From assembly GCA_013239625.1 (NCBI GenBank), contig MU053873.1, forward strand, positions 324,524 to 388,523: DNA of 64,000 nucleotides, written 5' to 3'. The DNA comes from Lama guanicoe (Eukaryota). The notes beneath the pieces are model-generated. The model saw only the letters and a program-made list of their open reading frames with translations. It searched no databases and was not told the DNA's origin. The position numbers and the translations under genes were made by a program. Positions 62,455 through 64,000 of this stretch are shown here, in pieces. Numbering within the stretch: the first letter of the stretch is position 1; each line of letters starts with the position of its first letter.

Positions 62455-63880
62455 AATACTATTTGGCAATAAAAAGGGATAAAGTTCTAATACATGTTAT
62501 AACATATATGAACCTTGAGTATGTTATGCTAACCTTGAGGATGTTATGCTACTAAGTGAAAGAAGTCAGTCACAAAAGACCACATATTATATGATTCCAC
62601 TTATATAAAGTGTCGAGAATAGGCAAAGCTATAGAGAAAGAGTGTAGATTTACTGGTAACCCAGAGCTAGGGAGCTTGGGGAGAGAATGGGGAGTGACTA
62701 CTAATGGTTCTGGCGTTTCCTTTGGGGTGGGTGAAAATGTACTAATATTGATTGTAGTGATGGTTGCACAAGTCTGAATATACTTTAAAAAAATCACTAA
62801 GCTATACACATTAAAAGGGTGAATTGTATGTGACATCTCAATAAAGCTGTTTTTTAAAGTTATAAAAAGTAATCAGTTCACTAAAAAATAAATTAGAATG
62901 AAAAGCTAGTAAGCAAAAAAATTTAATGTCCACCAATTCTGTATCGTATAGAGAACTGTCAATGTCTTAACTCCCATTGAAATTGTTTCTAAACACATAT
63001 ATATACACATATAACACACATGTAGGGTACAGATGGATTTAAATAAAACATATTATTGACAGCACTATATACAACAGCCAAGACATGGAAACAACCTAAA
63101 AGTCTATCAACAGATGACTGAAAGAAGAAGTTGTGGTATATTTATACAATTGAATACTACTCAACTATAAAAAATAAAATAATATCATCTGCAACAACAT
63201 GGATTGACCTGGAGATCGTCATTCTAAGGGAAGTAAGCCAGAAAGAGAAAGATACCATATGATATCACTTATATGTGGAATCTTAAAAAAAAATTAGACA
63301 AATGAACTTATTTACAAAACAGAAACAGACTCACAAAAATAGAAAAACTTATGGTTATTGGGGGGAAGTACGGATAAATTGGGAGTTTGAGATTTGCAGA
63401 TACTAACTACTACTATATATAAAATAGATAAACAAGTTTATACTGTATAGTACAGGTAACTATATTCAATATCTAGACTTCAATTAAAAAAATACTACTG
63501 AATCTATTTGTCCTCTTCAAGGAATAATGTGAGAAAGATTTTGTTTTTTAATTTTTCCCCTATTTTAAAAAAAAATTACAGTTGATTTACAGTGCTGTAT
63601 TAATTTATGATGTATAGCATAGTGACTGAGTTATACATATATATAAACATTATTTTTCATTACAGGTTACTACAAGCCTTTGAATACAGTTCCCTGTGAT
63701 ATATATTAGGACCTTGTTGTTTATCTATTCTGTACATAGTAGTTTGTAGCTGTTAATCCCAAACTCCCAATTTATCCCTACCCAACTCCACCCCCGTAAC
63801 CGTAAGTTTGTTTTCTCTGTGAGTCTGTTTTGTAAATCAGTTCGTTTGTGTCATTTTTTAAAGATTCCACATATTAGTGA
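62455..63880. mobile_element. Cluster of L1 3' ends (62455-62860 +, 63055-63490 +, 63545-63880 -)
   Basis: 'aagaagtcagtcacaaaagaccacatattatatgattcc', 'acagccaagacatggaaacaacctaa', 'gttgatttacagtgctg...gattccacatat'. Confidence 0.8.
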
Positions 63881-64000
63881 TTAAAGACTTTGGTTTTTAA
63901 TCCTTAAACTCAAAAGCAATAAATCTGGCAATAAGCAAATTCCACCGGAGCCACAAGTTTGCTTCTAGTTTTTAAATCCTCCCTCATTGGAAGAGACAAG

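Overview
Mammalian genomic DNA, most likely a camelid, because it carries three copies of a tRNA-Ala(AGC)-headed SINE of the camelid vic-1 type. It is the MTMR3-HORMAD2 locus, with both genes on the minus strand. Right part (about 40.1-61.6 kb): ten 3' coding exons of MTMR3 (catalytic HCSDGWDR motif, long exon, FYVE domain), a 27-nt cassette micro-exon splitting the FYVE zinc motif, and a long 3'UTR with tandem poly(A) signals. Left part (2.2-17.2 kb): CpG-island promoter and first four coding exons of the meiotic gene HORMAD2, all missed by the ORF track. Between them, a LINE-1-rich interval holds a full-length (about 3.8 kb) TMED10 retrocopy with a 14-bp target-site duplication and a still-open 217-codon ORF, nested in an L1. 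Gene identities rest on translated sequence compared with my recollection of the human proteins, plus GT-AG boundaries with consistent phases. Repeat family names are recognised by eye and approximate. No prokaryote-type system is present. The most notable items are the intact TMED10 retrocopy beside a probably bidirectional germline promoter, the FYVE micro-exon, and several nested retrotransposition structures.
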